This document shows positions 1-9,629 of a DNA stretch of 64,000 bases, piece after piece. The first letter of the stretch is position 1. Each line of letters opens with the position of its first letter. A program made the translations under genes and the position numbers. This DNA is from Candidatus Poribacteria bacterium (GTDB taxonomy: Bacteria; Poribacteria; WGA-4E; PCPOR2b). The notes under the pieces are model-generated. The model saw nothing but the letters and a program-made list of their open reading frames with translations. It was not told where the DNA came from and did no database searches. Location of the stretch: positions 12,033-76,032 of the forward strand of contig JAJDUM010000027.1 of the NCBI GenBank assembly GCA_022826645.1. Direction: 5' to 3'.

Positions 1-2
1 AT

Positions 3-509
3 GTGGCGATGACACAAATTTGGGGGATTATGGCGCTACGGCTTGCAGATGCGGATATCTTGCCATTCGATTATGCAACCTACGCTGACGAATTACTAAG
101 TTATTTGAAAGCACTGCAAAATGAAAATAAGCATAGCATCATCACTAAGGACAACCCGGAACGACTCCGCACACTACTTCGACAGTGGGAAAAAGCTGCA
201 GCCACGGTCCACCGTACGCTCCGCATTCGGCTGGAAAATGGAGAGATCGGTGAAACAGCAGAAATTAATCGCAGTTTACAAGGCTTAGAAAAAATATTAA
301 CTTCTGAATCGGGATTACCGATGCGCCCGTGGTTTAAGCATCTTGCTTATGCGCCGGGTCTTTATAGCGGATATGCTGCAACTATTTTTCCAGGAATCCA
401 AGATGCGTTAGAAATGAAGGATGAAAAACAGGCGGCGATCGAAGTAGAGCGGTTGGCAGAGGTGTTTCAGCGGATGATTGAATCACTTGAACGGATTGCG
501 TTGATGTGA
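3..509 (+). CDS. M28-family peptidase, C-terminal transferrin-receptor-like dimerisation domain (5'-partial, continues upstream of window)
   Basis: ORF open to the window edge. The motif 'RPWFKHLAYAPGLYSGYAATIFPGIQDAL' resembles the TfR/PSMA-type dimerisation domain C-terminus of M28 peptidases. Confidence 0.55.
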   Translation: MAMTQIWGIMALRLADADILPFDYATYADELLSYLKALQNENKHSIITKDNPERLRTLLRQWEKAAATVHRTLRIRLENGEIGETAEINRSLQGLEKILTSESGLPMRPWFKHLAYAPGLYSGYAATIFPGIQDALEMKDEKQAAIEVERLAEVFQRMIESLERIALM

Positions 510-566
510 TAGCTTGTAACGTTTCCGTCAAGAGAATATGCAGAACACAAGCCCCAACGGAATAAG

Positions 567-1484
567 TTAAGTAGATCTATAATCCGTGAGGGCTTCATCA
601 ATTGCGCGGCGGGCTATTGAAGCAAGTACCGGGTTGGTAGTTTGATAGTAGGGCAGCGCGATCAGCCCAAAAGACAACGCCCAGCCACGCGCTCGCGTCC
701 AAGTTGCATCATCCACCTGTAGCGCTGCACGGAATGCCCCCCTGTTTTCGGTAGAAAGGAACACCCACGCAGCCATCACGTCACATGCCGGATCTCCTAC
801 GCCAAGACCACCGAAATCGATAACCCCGCTAAGTCTACCCTTCCGCACAAGCAAATTACCAGCGTGTAAATCGCCGTGCAACCATACAGGTGGATCGGTC
901 CACACTGGTGTCTCAATGGCTGACTCCCACATCCGAGTCACTTCGTTCGGATCGAGCACATCATGCAGATCTGCGATGGCAGCACGAGTCTCTTGGTCCC
1001 GCGTTGCCAGTGGTACGCCGCGGTAGAAGTTGTGTTGCCCCGGCGGTGGCCCATCAATATCCTTAATTTGCTGGAGAGCAGCTATGAATTGAGCCAGATC
1101 GGTCGCCGCTTGGAGTGGATTAACGATAGGTTCAATCGTGGCGTCCCTACCTTTGAGCCACCGATATACAGACCAATGCCACGGATAGTCTTCGTTAGGT
1201 TTCCCGCTCCCAAGCGGGATCGGAATGCTAAGGGGTAAGCGCGGCGCAAGTATAGGCAGCCATTTCTGCTCCTTGTCTACTTGCCCGACAGCGGAGGGGA
1301 TGCGAGGTAGGCGAACGACCATGTCATCGCCAAGTCGATAGAGCACGTTGCCGGTGCCGGCGGAACGGGCTGGCTCAATGGGCAGGTTCGCCCATTGCGG
1401 AAACTGTGCGTGGAGCAACCGGACAACAAGCGATACGCTGATATCAATCTCGTCGTCATGCATCTTGGTTGTCGTCATGTGCAT
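567..1484 (-). CDS. aminoglycoside/choline-kinase-like phosphotransferase (APH family)
   Basis: 305-aa ORF with the Brenner motif 'HGDLHAGNLLV' and 'VIDFG' (DFG-like), typical of the APH phosphotransferase family. Confidence 0.85.
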   Translation of the reverse strand: MHMTTTKMHDDEIDISVSLVVRLLHAQFPQWANLPIEPARSAGTGNVLYRLGDDMVVRLPRIPSAVGQVDKEQKWLPILAPRLPLSIPIPLGSGKPNEDYPWHWSVYRWLKGRDATIEPIVNPLQAATDLAQFIAALQQIKDIDGPPPGQHNFYRGVPLATRDQETRAAIADLHDVLDPNEVTRMWESAIETPVWTDPPVWLHGDLHAGNLLVRKGRLSGVIDFGGLGVGDPACDVMAAWVFLSTENRGAFRAALQVDDATWTRARGWALSFGLIALPYYQTTNPVLASIARRAIDEALTDYRST

Positions 1485-1507
1485 CTCCCGGGACAGGCAA
1501 TTCCTTG

Positions 1508-2407
1508 CTACAACACCTTACTTCCCTGCATAAACGTCGCGCAGATCCTTGCGCAGGCGGTGTGAGCATAGAAAGAGATGGGACCAACCCAACCAATTTC
1601 ACAACGCTGATAACCACACACTTTCATATCTCGGAGACAGCGAAGAAAGAGGACTTTCCCAATGCCTAAACCGCGCAACGATTCTTCCACGCCTGTAGGT
1701 CCGAATCCCCCGCGAAACATCGTTACATCGTAAGTAGCAAAACCACGGATATTGTCCCTTGAATCAAGGGCAATAAAGGTCGTTACCGGTGTATTTTTCA
1801 GCGAATTGCACGCCTCCGTCGTCCAGTTCTGGCTCCAAGTCCCCAGCATCCACTCGTAAAACGTCTGCTCTTCTTCGGGCTCCAGTCGTCTTATCTTAAA
1901 GCCGTTCTTCGCAAGTCTCGACTCTGCCTGCGCGGTGTCAAAATCATCTGTCGTAAGGTCTACTGCCATGTTGTGGACATAACGCTCAAGGTTGTAACCG
2001 CACGATTGGAGAAAGCAGAATGCCTCAGTATAGCGTGGGTCTAAGCCCGGCATAAAATAGTACGGCGAGGAATTCAGAATACGCACACGCTCTGCACCTC
2101 CCGACCGAAATAGTACTTCCAATTCTTCCAACATCATGCTCCCAATCCCTGATCTACGATGTTCCCGATCTACAGCGAAAAGTTTCAGCCACCCCTCATT
2201 GCCACGCAACACGCCGACCATAAAGCCGATTGTTTTTCCGTTGTCTCGCAGGAGAAAGGCGTGGTCAGGCGAGTGATCAGGGTCGTCGAAAATCCGCCTT
2301 TGTAGAATCTCTGCCTCAAACTGACCCGAATGAAATTCAAAATTTCCGTTGCAAAAATCGGTCAATTCATCAAGATGCTGCGGTTGAAGTTCGACAAAGT
2401 ATGGCAT
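1508..2407 (-). CDS. GNAT family N-acetyltransferase (tandem GNAT fold)
   Basis: 299 aa with 'RRSGIGSMMLEELE' and 'LRGLGIGKVLF', both acetyl-CoA-binding R/Q-x-x-G-x-G/A motifs. Confidence 0.8.
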   Translation of the reverse strand: MPYFVELQPQHLDELTDFCNGNFEFHSGQFEAEILQRRIFDDPDHSPDHAFLLRDNGKTIGFMVGVLRGNEGWLKLFAVDREHRRSGIGSMMLEELEVLFRSGGAERVRILNSSPYYFMPGLDPRYTEAFCFLQSCGYNLERYVHNMAVDLTTDDFDTAQAESRLAKNGFKIRRLEPEEEQTFYEWMLGTWSQNWTTEACNSLKNTPVTTFIALDSRDNIRGFATYDVTMFRGGFGPTGVEESLRGLGIGKVLFLRCLRDMKVCGYQRCEIGWVGPISFYAHTACARICATFMQGSKVL

Positions 2408-2467
2408 TAGGTTTTCCTAGCAATCGGTTTTCAATTTCGAAGTTACAGTCATATTCAGATTTGGGGG

Positions 2468-3916
2468 CTAAATCTCAGGAAAGACGTTACAATCGTCGGG
2501 AGCTGTCCAAAGATCGGGAGCAGCCTCTGTGGAAATGTGTGCATTTCTGTCAAATTCCTCAAGCACCTGATAATCATTTTGAGTTGTTTCGAGCGTGTTA
2601 AGCACCGTTTCACCAGACCAACCCGCCTTGACTTCGGCAAGCAGCTCATCTCGAATCGCCGAATGAGAGGTATCCTCCCCAAGGTCGTTCCATTCACCGG
2701 GGTCGGTTTCAAGATTAAACAGTTGTGGACGATCATACCCGTGATAGTAGTTCAGTTTCCAAGGCCCGCGGCGAATCATCCGAGCGGGCGGGTCGTTCTG
2801 GAGAGCACCCAACTCTGCAAGCGCTGTATTGTGCCAATCAGGAACCCTCCCGTCACCAACGAGAAATTCTCTGAGGCTGCGTCCACGCACCCCGACCATC
2901 GGTTCGCTCTCTGCCAGGTCAACAAGCGTGGGCCCAATATCAAGTAGGCTGATCACATCAGAGATGGTCCGACCTTCGGCAAATTGTCCGGGTAAAGAGA
3001 AAACGAGGGGTACGCCGACGGAGTCTTGATAGAAGCTCGACTTCCACCACATTCGATGCTCGCCTGCCATTTCGCCGTGATCAGACGTGTAGATAATCAG
3101 TGTGTTGTCGCCAAAATGGGTGTCCGCGAGCGTGGATAGAAGTTTTCCAATCAGTTCATCCATTAATGTTACCAGACCGTAGTATGCGGCACGAGCAATT
3201 CGTACCTCCTCGTCTGTCAGTTCATCTACTCCCCGGTGTTCCCGCCACGCCTTCATGAACGGGTGAAGCGAATCGTGATACCCTGGAGGTAGTTGTGGCA
3301 CACTAATCTTTTCAAGATATTCGTCGAAAAGCCGTTTGGGAGCGATAAACGGACAGTGCGGCAGCACGTATCCAACCGTCATAAAGAAGGGACGATCCCC
3401 CGGATTTTTGTCCAGCGATTCCAGAAAGTCGCATCCAACCTGCGTGACATCTTCATCATAGCGGGTGTAGGCAGTGCGTCCGGGACCTGCAACCTTGACG
3501 CCGGCAGCGGTTTGACCGGTTGTGGCAGCGGGAATATGTCCCAGCTGTGGGCTGATATCTCCAATAATTCGCCGTTCAAAACCGTGCCGCTGGTCGGGAC
3601 CATTAAAGTGCATACGTCCACACAAAATTGTTTCGTATCCAGCATTGACAAGGTGATGGACGAAAGTGGGGATATCGGATTGGAGCCGACAACGGTTGGT
3701 CCAAACACGGATATCTGAGCTATGCCGGCTTGTCAGGAATGTCATCCGCGAAGGTACGCAAAGGGGATTAGCACAATGATTGTTAGCAAAGCGAACACCC
3801 CTCGCCGCCAATTGGTCAAGTACTGGTGTTCGCACGATTCTGTCTTCTGCACACCCAAGGAAACGTGGGCTATGCTGGTCGGACATAATTAACAGAATAT
3901 TTGGCGTGTCTGCCAT
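2468..3916 (-). CDS. sulfatase (formylglycine-dependent arylsulfatase family)
   Basis: 482 aa. N-terminal 'ILLIMSDQH' and the C-x-P-x-R signature 'CVPSRMTF' are present, with sulfatase core similarity throughout. Confidence 0.9.
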   Translation of the reverse strand: MADTPNILLIMSDQHSPRFLGCAEDRIVRTPVLDQLAARGVRFANNHCANPLCVPSRMTFLTSRHSSDIRVWTNRCRLQSDIPTFVHHLVNAGYETILCGRMHFNGPDQRHGFERRIIGDISPQLGHIPAATTGQTAAGVKVAGPGRTAYTRYDEDVTQVGCDFLESLDKNPGDRPFFMTVGYVLPHCPFIAPKRLFDEYLEKISVPQLPPGYHDSLHPFMKAWREHRGVDELTDEEVRIARAAYYGLVTLMDELIGKLLSTLADTHFGDNTLIIYTSDHGEMAGEHRMWWKSSFYQDSVGVPLVFSLPGQFAEGRTISDVISLLDIGPTLVDLAESEPMVGVRGRSLREFLVGDGRVPDWHNTALAELGALQNDPPARMIRRGPWKLNYYHGYDRPQLFNLETDPGEWNDLGEDTSHSAIRDELLAEVKAGWSGETVLNTLETTQNDYQVLEEFDRNAHISTEAAPDLWTAPDDCNVFPEI

Positions 3917-3967
3917 ATCAAAACCTCAATTGGAAGTTGAACCTTGGAGTGGGTGGGAAGTTCTCTG

Positions 3968-4819
3968 TCAAACGCTATCTCCCGCCAACACGAATCGTTC
4001 CAAAGCCGCTGCAACACCGTCCGAGTCATTTGAGGACGTCACGTGGAACCCTTCCTGTTTAAGTGCGTCGTCTGCATTCTCCATGACTACGCCCGTTCCC
4101 GCAAATTGCAACATGTCCAAATCGTTATAGTTGTCGCCTATGGCAAGGATTTCGGACGCGTCTATCTTCATCTGTTCAGCGAGATAGCGTAGCGGTAGAT
4201 CTTTACCAACCTTAGCGTGTGAGAGACCGAGAAAGGCGTGCCGCCCGTTATTGATGATTACAAGGATTGGTTTGACCTGTCCGTTTAAGCGCGTTTGAAA
4301 AAGTGCAGCAATTTCATGCGCCTTTTCTGCGGGAACAACAGAGATGACCTCAATCACATCACCCGGCAGATCGGTTGCAAGATTATTGACCCAATTCAGG
4401 TGGGCTTTATTTTCCTCAAGATACCCGCGTTCCCAACCATCAAGTTGGTCGCCATAGTTCTCAACGAAGAGATTCGCGGAATCCTGCGTTCCTTCAAAAG
4501 CAACGGGGCGGAGTCCTAATTCCTTCGATATCTGGACAACCTTTTTGGCAACGGCACAAGGCAGCAGTTGGTGGTGAAGTAGCTCCCCGTTGAGACGTTT
4601 GAGGATTGCACCGTTATGTGCCGCCAACAACACCTCTGGGAACTGAAGTTGTAAAACCCTCGGTTTTGCCGTGATGAAACGCCGCCCGGTTGCAACAACA
4701 ATAATGGCGCCCGTCTCGGCGACGCGGTGTACAACCTCTTTTGTGCGTGTTGTAATCTTTCCGGCCGAATTGGCGAGTGTGCCGTCAATGTCAAGGGCGA
4801 TCAGTTTGTATTTTGGCAT
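3968..4819 (-). CDS. Cof-type HAD-IIB family hydrolase
   Basis: 283 aa with 'LIALDIDGTL' (HAD motif I), 'GDNYNDLDML' (motif IV) and the Cof-like cap. Confidence 0.88.
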   Translation of the reverse strand: MPKYKLIALDIDGTLANSAGKITTRTKEVVHRVAETGAIIVVATGRRFITAKPRVLQLQFPEVLLAAHNGAILKRLNGELLHHQLLPCAVAKKVVQISKELGLRPVAFEGTQDSANLFVENYGDQLDGWERGYLEENKAHLNWVNNLATDLPGDVIEVISVVPAEKAHEIAALFQTRLNGQVKPILVIINNGRHAFLGLSHAKVGKDLPLRYLAEQMKIDASEILAIGDNYNDLDMLQFAGTGVVMENADDALKQEGFHVTSSNDSDGVAAALERFVLAGDSV

Positions 4820-4820
4820 C

Positions 4821-5756
4821 TTAATTTGCTTGGTTGAGCAACTCCGCTTGTGCTGTCAATACTGTTTCAGCCAACAGTTCTTCGTCCCCTTTGGCGGTAC
4901 TACATTTGGTGCCAAGGAATATCGGCTGAGGACTTGACGCTAGCACCGAGGCACAGGACAGTGCATCCTCTTCAGTAAAGCCACTTTCGGGATCGAGGTG
5001 GGAATTGTGAGAGTCCGTGAATCCATCTGCCGAGGGACCGGCTCCGGACAGAATCACGCCTGACAGAGGCACGTCCGACTCCAGAATCTGATTTAGGCTC
5101 GATAGTGGCACATCGCCGTTGACCAGCAGGCGTCCCCAGTTCACCATGAGCGCAATGGGAGGTCCTGATACGCTTTCTCGGTTCACAAAGGATAGGACTT
5201 GGATAAGATCGGTTAGCGTCAACGAAGCCTTCTTCGCTGCAGGAAACGGTATCGGATGGTCAGAAGGGAGCCAGTCCGTTACTTCTACCGCCAATGTGGT
5301 GTCTGGCAGGATAGACGCAGCCAGTTGGTGCAAATGGGTCAAACTCTTGTGGAATGCGATGGCGTGCGGGATGGTTTCGCCGGAGCGTCCCCCGGCGTGG
5401 ACGAAGACACTGCGGACACGGATGCCAGCCTCGGATAACGTCATACATTGCTGCAATGATGAGCAGGCATCCACCACCGCTGTTTGACGGAGCGATTCGT
5501 CCAGTGAGGACAGACCGTACGCGGGATTCTTCTGTCCAGAAGTTGCCCACTGCGCCACAAAGGTTGCCACAATCGAAGCGGACAGTTCGGTAAGCACGTC
5601 AACGACCTCCGGCACCACCGGTACGCCAGCCAAAATCGGAACTTCAAAGGTATTGATATTCCACTCTTCCACCGCTTTGCGATACCAATTCGCCTGCTCG
5701 GACGGCGAAAGCGTTCCAACTATGGTATACGCGCCTAGAACTTTTTCGGTAATCAT
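4821..5756 (-). CDS. hypothetical protein (possible TIM-barrel/sugar-phosphate isomerase-like)
   Basis: 311-aa ORF with a 1-nt gap to the downstream HAD gene. An AAAGGA RBS and a candidate promoter lie upstream. No diagnostic motif was recognised. Confidence 0.5.
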   Translation of the reverse strand: MITEKVLGAYTIVGTLSPSEQANWYRKAVEEWNINTFEVPILAGVPVVPEVVDVLTELSASIVATFVAQWATSGQKNPAYGLSSLDESLRQTAVVDACSSLQQCMTLSEAGIRVRSVFVHAGGRSGETIPHAIAFHKSLTHLHQLAASILPDTTLAVEVTDWLPSDHPIPFPAAKKASLTLTDLIQVLSFVNRESVSGPPIALMVNWGRLLVNGDVPLSSLNQILESDVPLSGVILSGAGPSADGFTDSHNSHLDPESGFTEEDALSCASVLASSPQPIFLGTKCSTAKGDEELLAETVLTAQAELLNQAN

Positions 5757-5804
5757 TCTGATGTCCTTTCATCATAGGGGTAGGTCATGTTAGGAAGATG
5801 AAAA

Positions 5805-5833
5805 ATCGTAGCAGACTCCCGTCTTTTTGTCAA
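5805..5833 (-). promoter_or_regulatory. candidate sigma70-type promoter (TTGACA-N17-TACGAT) for the 4821..5756 gene
   Basis: On the minus strand, TTGACA (complement of 5828-5833), a 17-nt spacer, and TACGAT (complement of 5805-5810), about 45 nt upstream of the ATG. Confidence 0.45.
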
Positions 5834-5854
5834 GTGTTTTCACACGAATGCGGC

Positions 5855-5883
5855 TTGACAAAACGCCGTGTTTTTGCTATGAT
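5855..5883 (+). promoter_or_regulatory. candidate sigma70-type promoter (TTGACA-N17-TATGAT) facing the antisense of the PhyH gene
   Basis: A consensus -35 at 5855-5860 and -10 at 5878-5883 with a 17-nt spacer. It lies back-to-back with the minus-strand promoter. Confidence 0.4.
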
Positions 5884-5988
5884 AACATGAGTTGCCAGAC
5901 AACCTGCAGATCGATTTTTCTGTGCACAAAGTTTATCAGGAACAACCTAATTCATGGCTTGGGCTTTTCACACAACCTCCTTTTCTGG

Positions 5989-6780
5989 TCAAGGGATGTT
6001 TGCCCAATTTCCGTCGGCATCGACGCCACAACAGAGGATGCTGTTCTGATTCCACCCTTCGTGAGCAATCACATCCGTGGAAGCGTAGCGCATCGTCAGT
6101 CCACAACGACGACGATTGGAGTTGTTCCGCGGAGAGCCGTGGAGTAGCAGGTCCGAATGTAGTGACATCTCACCAGCCTTTAGTTCAACATGAACGGGCT
6201 CGGCACGAATCTCTGTGGCTTCGGCAGTTCGGTTTAGCACATTGTCCTCAGCGGGATCACTGGTGTGGTGTTTTAGCTCGCCGCGGCGATGGGATCCGGG
6301 GATAAACTGCATACAGGCGTTTTCGATATCCGCATCGTCGATGGCAAGCCAAACAGTGACAGTCTTTGAGGGGGTTAGGGGCCAGTAATGTGCGTCCTGA
6401 TGCCATGAGACGGTTTTTCCATCGCCGGGCATCTTGCAGAAATAGTGCGTTCCCCAGCAGACGAAGTTGGGTCCGAGTAGATCCTGAACATATTCTAAGA
6501 TGATCGGATTCACGACGAGGTCGTAGAGGCCTTGGCAGTGTTTGTGATAGCCGTTGATTGAGTAGCTATTTTTCTCAGGTTCAAGGTTCGCGAGTAACTT
6601 ATCAAGATATTCTCGGTTTGCAACCGTCTCCTTGTTTCTGAAGATACGAAATCCTTTTAGGTAGCCATTCTGATTGTAAAGTTCAATCTGTTCTTGGGAA
6701 AGCCGACGTGGCTGGCTACATTTCGATGGATAGAATCTTAAATCTCTCTGGAGATGGGGCCATGTGCTGTCGTTTGCCAT
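5989..6780 (-). CDS. phytanoyl-CoA dioxygenase (PhyH) family Fe(II)/2OG oxygenase
   Basis: 'WHQDAHYWP' (the HxD iron ligands) with PhyH-like architecture. The start was chosen at 'MANDSTWPH'. Confidence 0.85.
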   Translation of the reverse strand: MANDSTWPHLQRDLRFYPSKCSQPRRLSQEQIELYNQNGYLKGFRIFRNKETVANREYLDKLLANLEPEKNSYSINGYHKHCQGLYDLVVNPIILEYVQDLLGPNFVCWGTHYFCKMPGDGKTVSWHQDAHYWPLTPSKTVTVWLAIDDADIENACMQFIPGSHRRGELKHHTSDPAEDNVLNRTAEATEIRAEPVHVELKAGEMSLHSDLLLHGSPRNNSNRRRCGLTMRYASTDVIAHEGWNQNSILCCGVDADGNWANIP

Positions 6781-6879
6781 AGTGTGTATAACCTCTTTTA
6801 TCGGGTGAGTTTTTTTATTTTGCCGCACACCAAAGTATACAGGATGGACCATTTAATCGGAAGTGTATTTTAAACATAG

Positions 6880-7164
6880 ATGACTATTCAAGAATTTCAG
6901 AATCTGATTGAACAGATATACTATAATCGAGATGCTGAGCGCGGTGTAGAGGGCACATTTGTTTGGTTTACTGAAGAGGTTGGCGAACTTGCCAAAGAGA
7001 TTCGGCGTGAGGAACGGGATATAGAACGACTTCGCGCTGAGTTCGCTGACGTGTTTGCGTGGATGTCAACACTCGCCAGTTTACTCGGTGTCGATCTAAC
7101 CGAAGCTGCAAAAATTTATGCCGATGGCTGTCCCAAGTGCCATTCTACACCCTGCGATTGTTAG
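6880..7164 (+). CDS. MazG-like nucleotide pyrophosphohydrolase (small single-domain)
   Basis: 94 aa with 'EEVGELAKEI...ELADVFAW', the EExxE...D MazG metal-binding helix pair. Confidence 0.72.
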   Translation: MTIQEFQNLIEQIYYNRDAERGVEGTFVWFTEEVGELAKEIRREERDIERLRAEFADVFAWMSTLASLLGVDLTEAAKIYADGCPKCHSTPCDC

Positions 7165-7241
7165 ATAAACTGGCAATTCTGTCTTAACTCACTGGCTCTA
7201 TGAATCAAAATCTATTTTGAGGAATCCTCAAGGAGGTCGCC

Positions 7242-8078
7242 GTGGACATAGCTCCATTAATCGAAGGACAGGAAAGTGTCTTAACCGATAAACAGAAGAA
7301 ACAGTGGAAAGAAGATGGCTATCTCGTTCTGAAAGGCATCCTGTCTCCAGAGGAGATTGAGAACCTGACAGCCGTCGTGGATCAGATGTACGAGGAACAT
7401 CTACAACAACCGGACGTGAAGCCGGACGCAGGATTGGATCGACGAAACGTCATGGAAGAACACGACATCTTTGTTGATCTAATGGATCATCCCGTGACGT
7501 TTCCGATCGTGCTTGAACTGATGAGCCCCTATATACACCTAAGTATGTCGGAGGTAATTGTCCGACCGACCGACCCCGAAGGCAAGGGACTGCTGCACAC
7601 AGATGGCGGTCAGGCGATGCGCCAGATACGGGTGAGTGAGAGCAGTCTCCCATTCCAGATAAAGTTCCAATATTTCCTGACCGATCTACCCGAACCGGAT
7701 ATGGGAAATTTCACGGTCGTTCCCGGCAGCCACAACCGCCTCTTCCCAGACGGCGGTTTTGAAGAGGGACCGTATATCCCTGAAGCGTTGCCACTATGTG
7801 TAGAGGCAGGCGATCTGGCTATCTTTCCTCACGCGATGTGGCACGGTTTTGTTGCAAACAGATCGGACAAGCCCCGCAAAACGCTGATTTATTGTTACGT
7901 CCATCAATGTATGCGGGCGTTTGATTTTGAAAAGCCCTCGTCGGAACTATTGGAGCGGTGCACACCACGACAACGGCGTTTGGTTGGAGATATTGGTGAT
8001 TGGAAGGCTGGCTCCTACTTCTACTCACCGCCAGATCAGGTAGAAATCATGCTCGGCAATGAATCTTCAGGTGAATAG
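7242..8078 (+). CDS. phytanoyl-CoA dioxygenase (PhyH) family protein
   Basis: 'LHTDGGQ' (HxD) and a C-terminal 'HAMWHGF' His. GTG start with an AAGGAGG RBS 6 nt upstream. Confidence 0.82.
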   Translation: MDIAPLIEGQESVLTDKQKKQWKEDGYLVLKGILSPEEIENLTAVVDQMYEEHLQQPDVKPDAGLDRRNVMEEHDIFVDLMDHPVTFPIVLELMSPYIHLSMSEVIVRPTDPEGKGLLHTDGGQAMRQIRVSESSLPFQIKFQYFLTDLPEPDMGNFTVVPGSHNRLFPDGGFEEGPYIPEALPLCVEAGDLAIFPHAMWHGFVANRSDKPRKTLIYCYVHQCMRAFDFEKPSSELLERCTPRQRRLVGDIGDWKAGSYFYSPPDQVEIMLGNESSGE

Positions 8079-8095
8079 ATCCCGACTTGGCGGGA

Positions 8096-9244
8096 TTAAT
8101 CGCTGGATGCATTTGGCAGGATGGTGGCTTTGACGCAACGCATCTCTAACGCGCTCTGCACCGCGTCTGCCACCCCCGCTTGAGTGAAGGGAAATTCTGT
8201 TTGCATCCGACGCCAAGGGTAACGGTCGCGGGCTCGATCAAGCATGTCGATGCCAGCGGGAAGGTCGTTGGCGGTAATTCCCCAACTTCCCACCAACTTT
8301 ATGTCCTTGATGCAGATGCGGTGCCAGTTCGTTTCAATGGATCCCGCGTCGGTGAACTGCCCCATTTCTACATAGGTTCCCCCGTCCCGAAGCATTTCGA
8401 TCCCCTCTGGACCCGCTGAGGGGTGACCGCTGCAATCAATTACAAGGTCAGCACCAAAACCGCCGACGATCTCGCGAACAGCGTCAATCCGAGCCTGTGG
8501 TGTCGTATGCTCCTCGATCGACACGGTCGCCTCTGCACCAAACTCACGACACAACGCCAGTCTCGGATTCTCAGGTGCGCCTACCATGATGACACGCCCC
8601 GCCCCCATCTCCTTGGCGGCGGTAATCATTAACACCCCGATCGGACCTGAACCTTGGATGACGACGGTATCCCCGAACCGGAAACCGTTGATAGATGCGG
8701 CGCGGTTAAGCGCACGGATGCAGCAGGCTAAGGGTTCCGTCAGTGCCCCCAACATCAACGACATGTCGCCCGGCAAACGGTAGATTTTTGTGGCGGGTAA
8801 CATCTCTAAGTCAACATAGACCATCTCTGCCCATCCGCCCCACAAGTGAGGTGGCTTGTCAAAGGGCAGATAGCGACCATAGTAGGTAGGGTTGAGGCAG
8901 CGGTTGGCGTGCTCCGGGTAGTGGGCACAATAGTAGCATTCCCCACACGGCATCAGCGGCGGCAGCATGACCTTGCTCCCAACTTCCAGCGGGTTTCCCA
9001 TGAAGTCCACCTCCAAGGCAGGCCCCTTTTCGACAACCACGCCAGCCAATTCATGCCCCAGCGTAAAGGGCCAAGGGAGGGGTTTGGGCCAATGCCCTTT
9101 GAGGATGTGTAGGTCGGTACCGCACACGCCGCAGGCACCAATCTCGATTAGCGCCGCTTTGTCGGGAACATTTGGTCGGGGAACAGTCTGGATCTGGGGT
9201 TCCGCGCCAGGACCATCAAAGGTTGCCACACGCACTGTTTGCAT
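8096..9244 (-). CDS. zinc-dependent alcohol dehydrogenase (MDR family)
   Basis: 'GACGVCGTDLHILKGHW' (catalytic Zn) and 'GSGPIGV' (Rossmann). The start was taken at 'MQTVRVATF' with a GGAG RBS. Confidence 0.9.
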   Translation of the reverse strand: MQTVRVATFDGPGAEPQIQTVPRPNVPDKAALIEIGACGVCGTDLHILKGHWPKPLPWPFTLGHELAGVVVEKGPALEVDFMGNPLEVGSKVMLPPLMPCGECYYCAHYPEHANRCLNPTYYGRYLPFDKPPHLWGGWAEMVYVDLEMLPATKIYRLPGDMSLMLGALTEPLACCIRALNRAASINGFRFGDTVVIQGSGPIGVLMITAAKEMGAGRVIMVGAPENPRLALCREFGAEATVSIEEHTTPQARIDAVREIVGGFGADLVIDCSGHPSAGPEGIEMLRDGGTYVEMGQFTDAGSIETNWHRICIKDIKLVGSWGITANDLPAGIDMLDRARDRYPWRRMQTEFPFTQAGVADAVQSALEMRCVKATILPNASSD

Positions 9245-9371
9245 AGGAAACTCCAATTCTATGAGATGTTAACATAATGAAGCCTTCGCATCAGTTATGA
9301 TTTCGTTGGACAATCGGCACAGTGTACAGTACAATTTAGGGTTACTAAACTGAAATGTGAGGTGAATCGTA

Positions 9372-9629
9372 ATGCTTCTGACCGTGGAAGGGGATTATCG
9401 TGACGGGGAAATCAAGCTGGCAGAAATTCCCGATAACGTTGAGCAAGCTGATGTGCTTGTTATCTTCCTAAAGACAAAAAAGAATCCTAGCACTCCTCTG
9501 TCTTCAGTTCATTCGCCGCAATCCCGAATAATGACTTTCGGTCAGTTCGCCGGGGAAACGAAAACTAATGAAGATGATTTCCGTCTAGCTGAGTGGCGAG
9601 GCGAACCGGAGTTTGAAGATGCGGAGTAA
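9372..9629 (+). CDS. putative VapB-like antitoxin
   Basis: An 85-aa ORF overlaps the start of the downstream PIN-domain gene. 'GDYRDGEIKLAEIP' resembles small antitoxins paired with PIN toxins. Confidence 0.55.
   Translation: MLLTVEGDYRDGEIKLAEIPDNVEQADVLVIFLKTKKNPSTPLSSVHSPQSRIMTFGQFAGETKTNEDDFRLAEWRGEPEFEDAE

Noticed and set aside
963-1459. Short ORFs antisense to the APH gene (963..1238+, 1277..1459-)
   Set aside because: They sit fully inside a strongly supported CDS in other frames.
5827-6305. Plus-strand ORFs 5827..6147 and 5892..6305
   Set aside because: They overlap the well-supported minus-strand PhyH gene antisense. They are kept only as a possible antisense transcript, not as a CDS.
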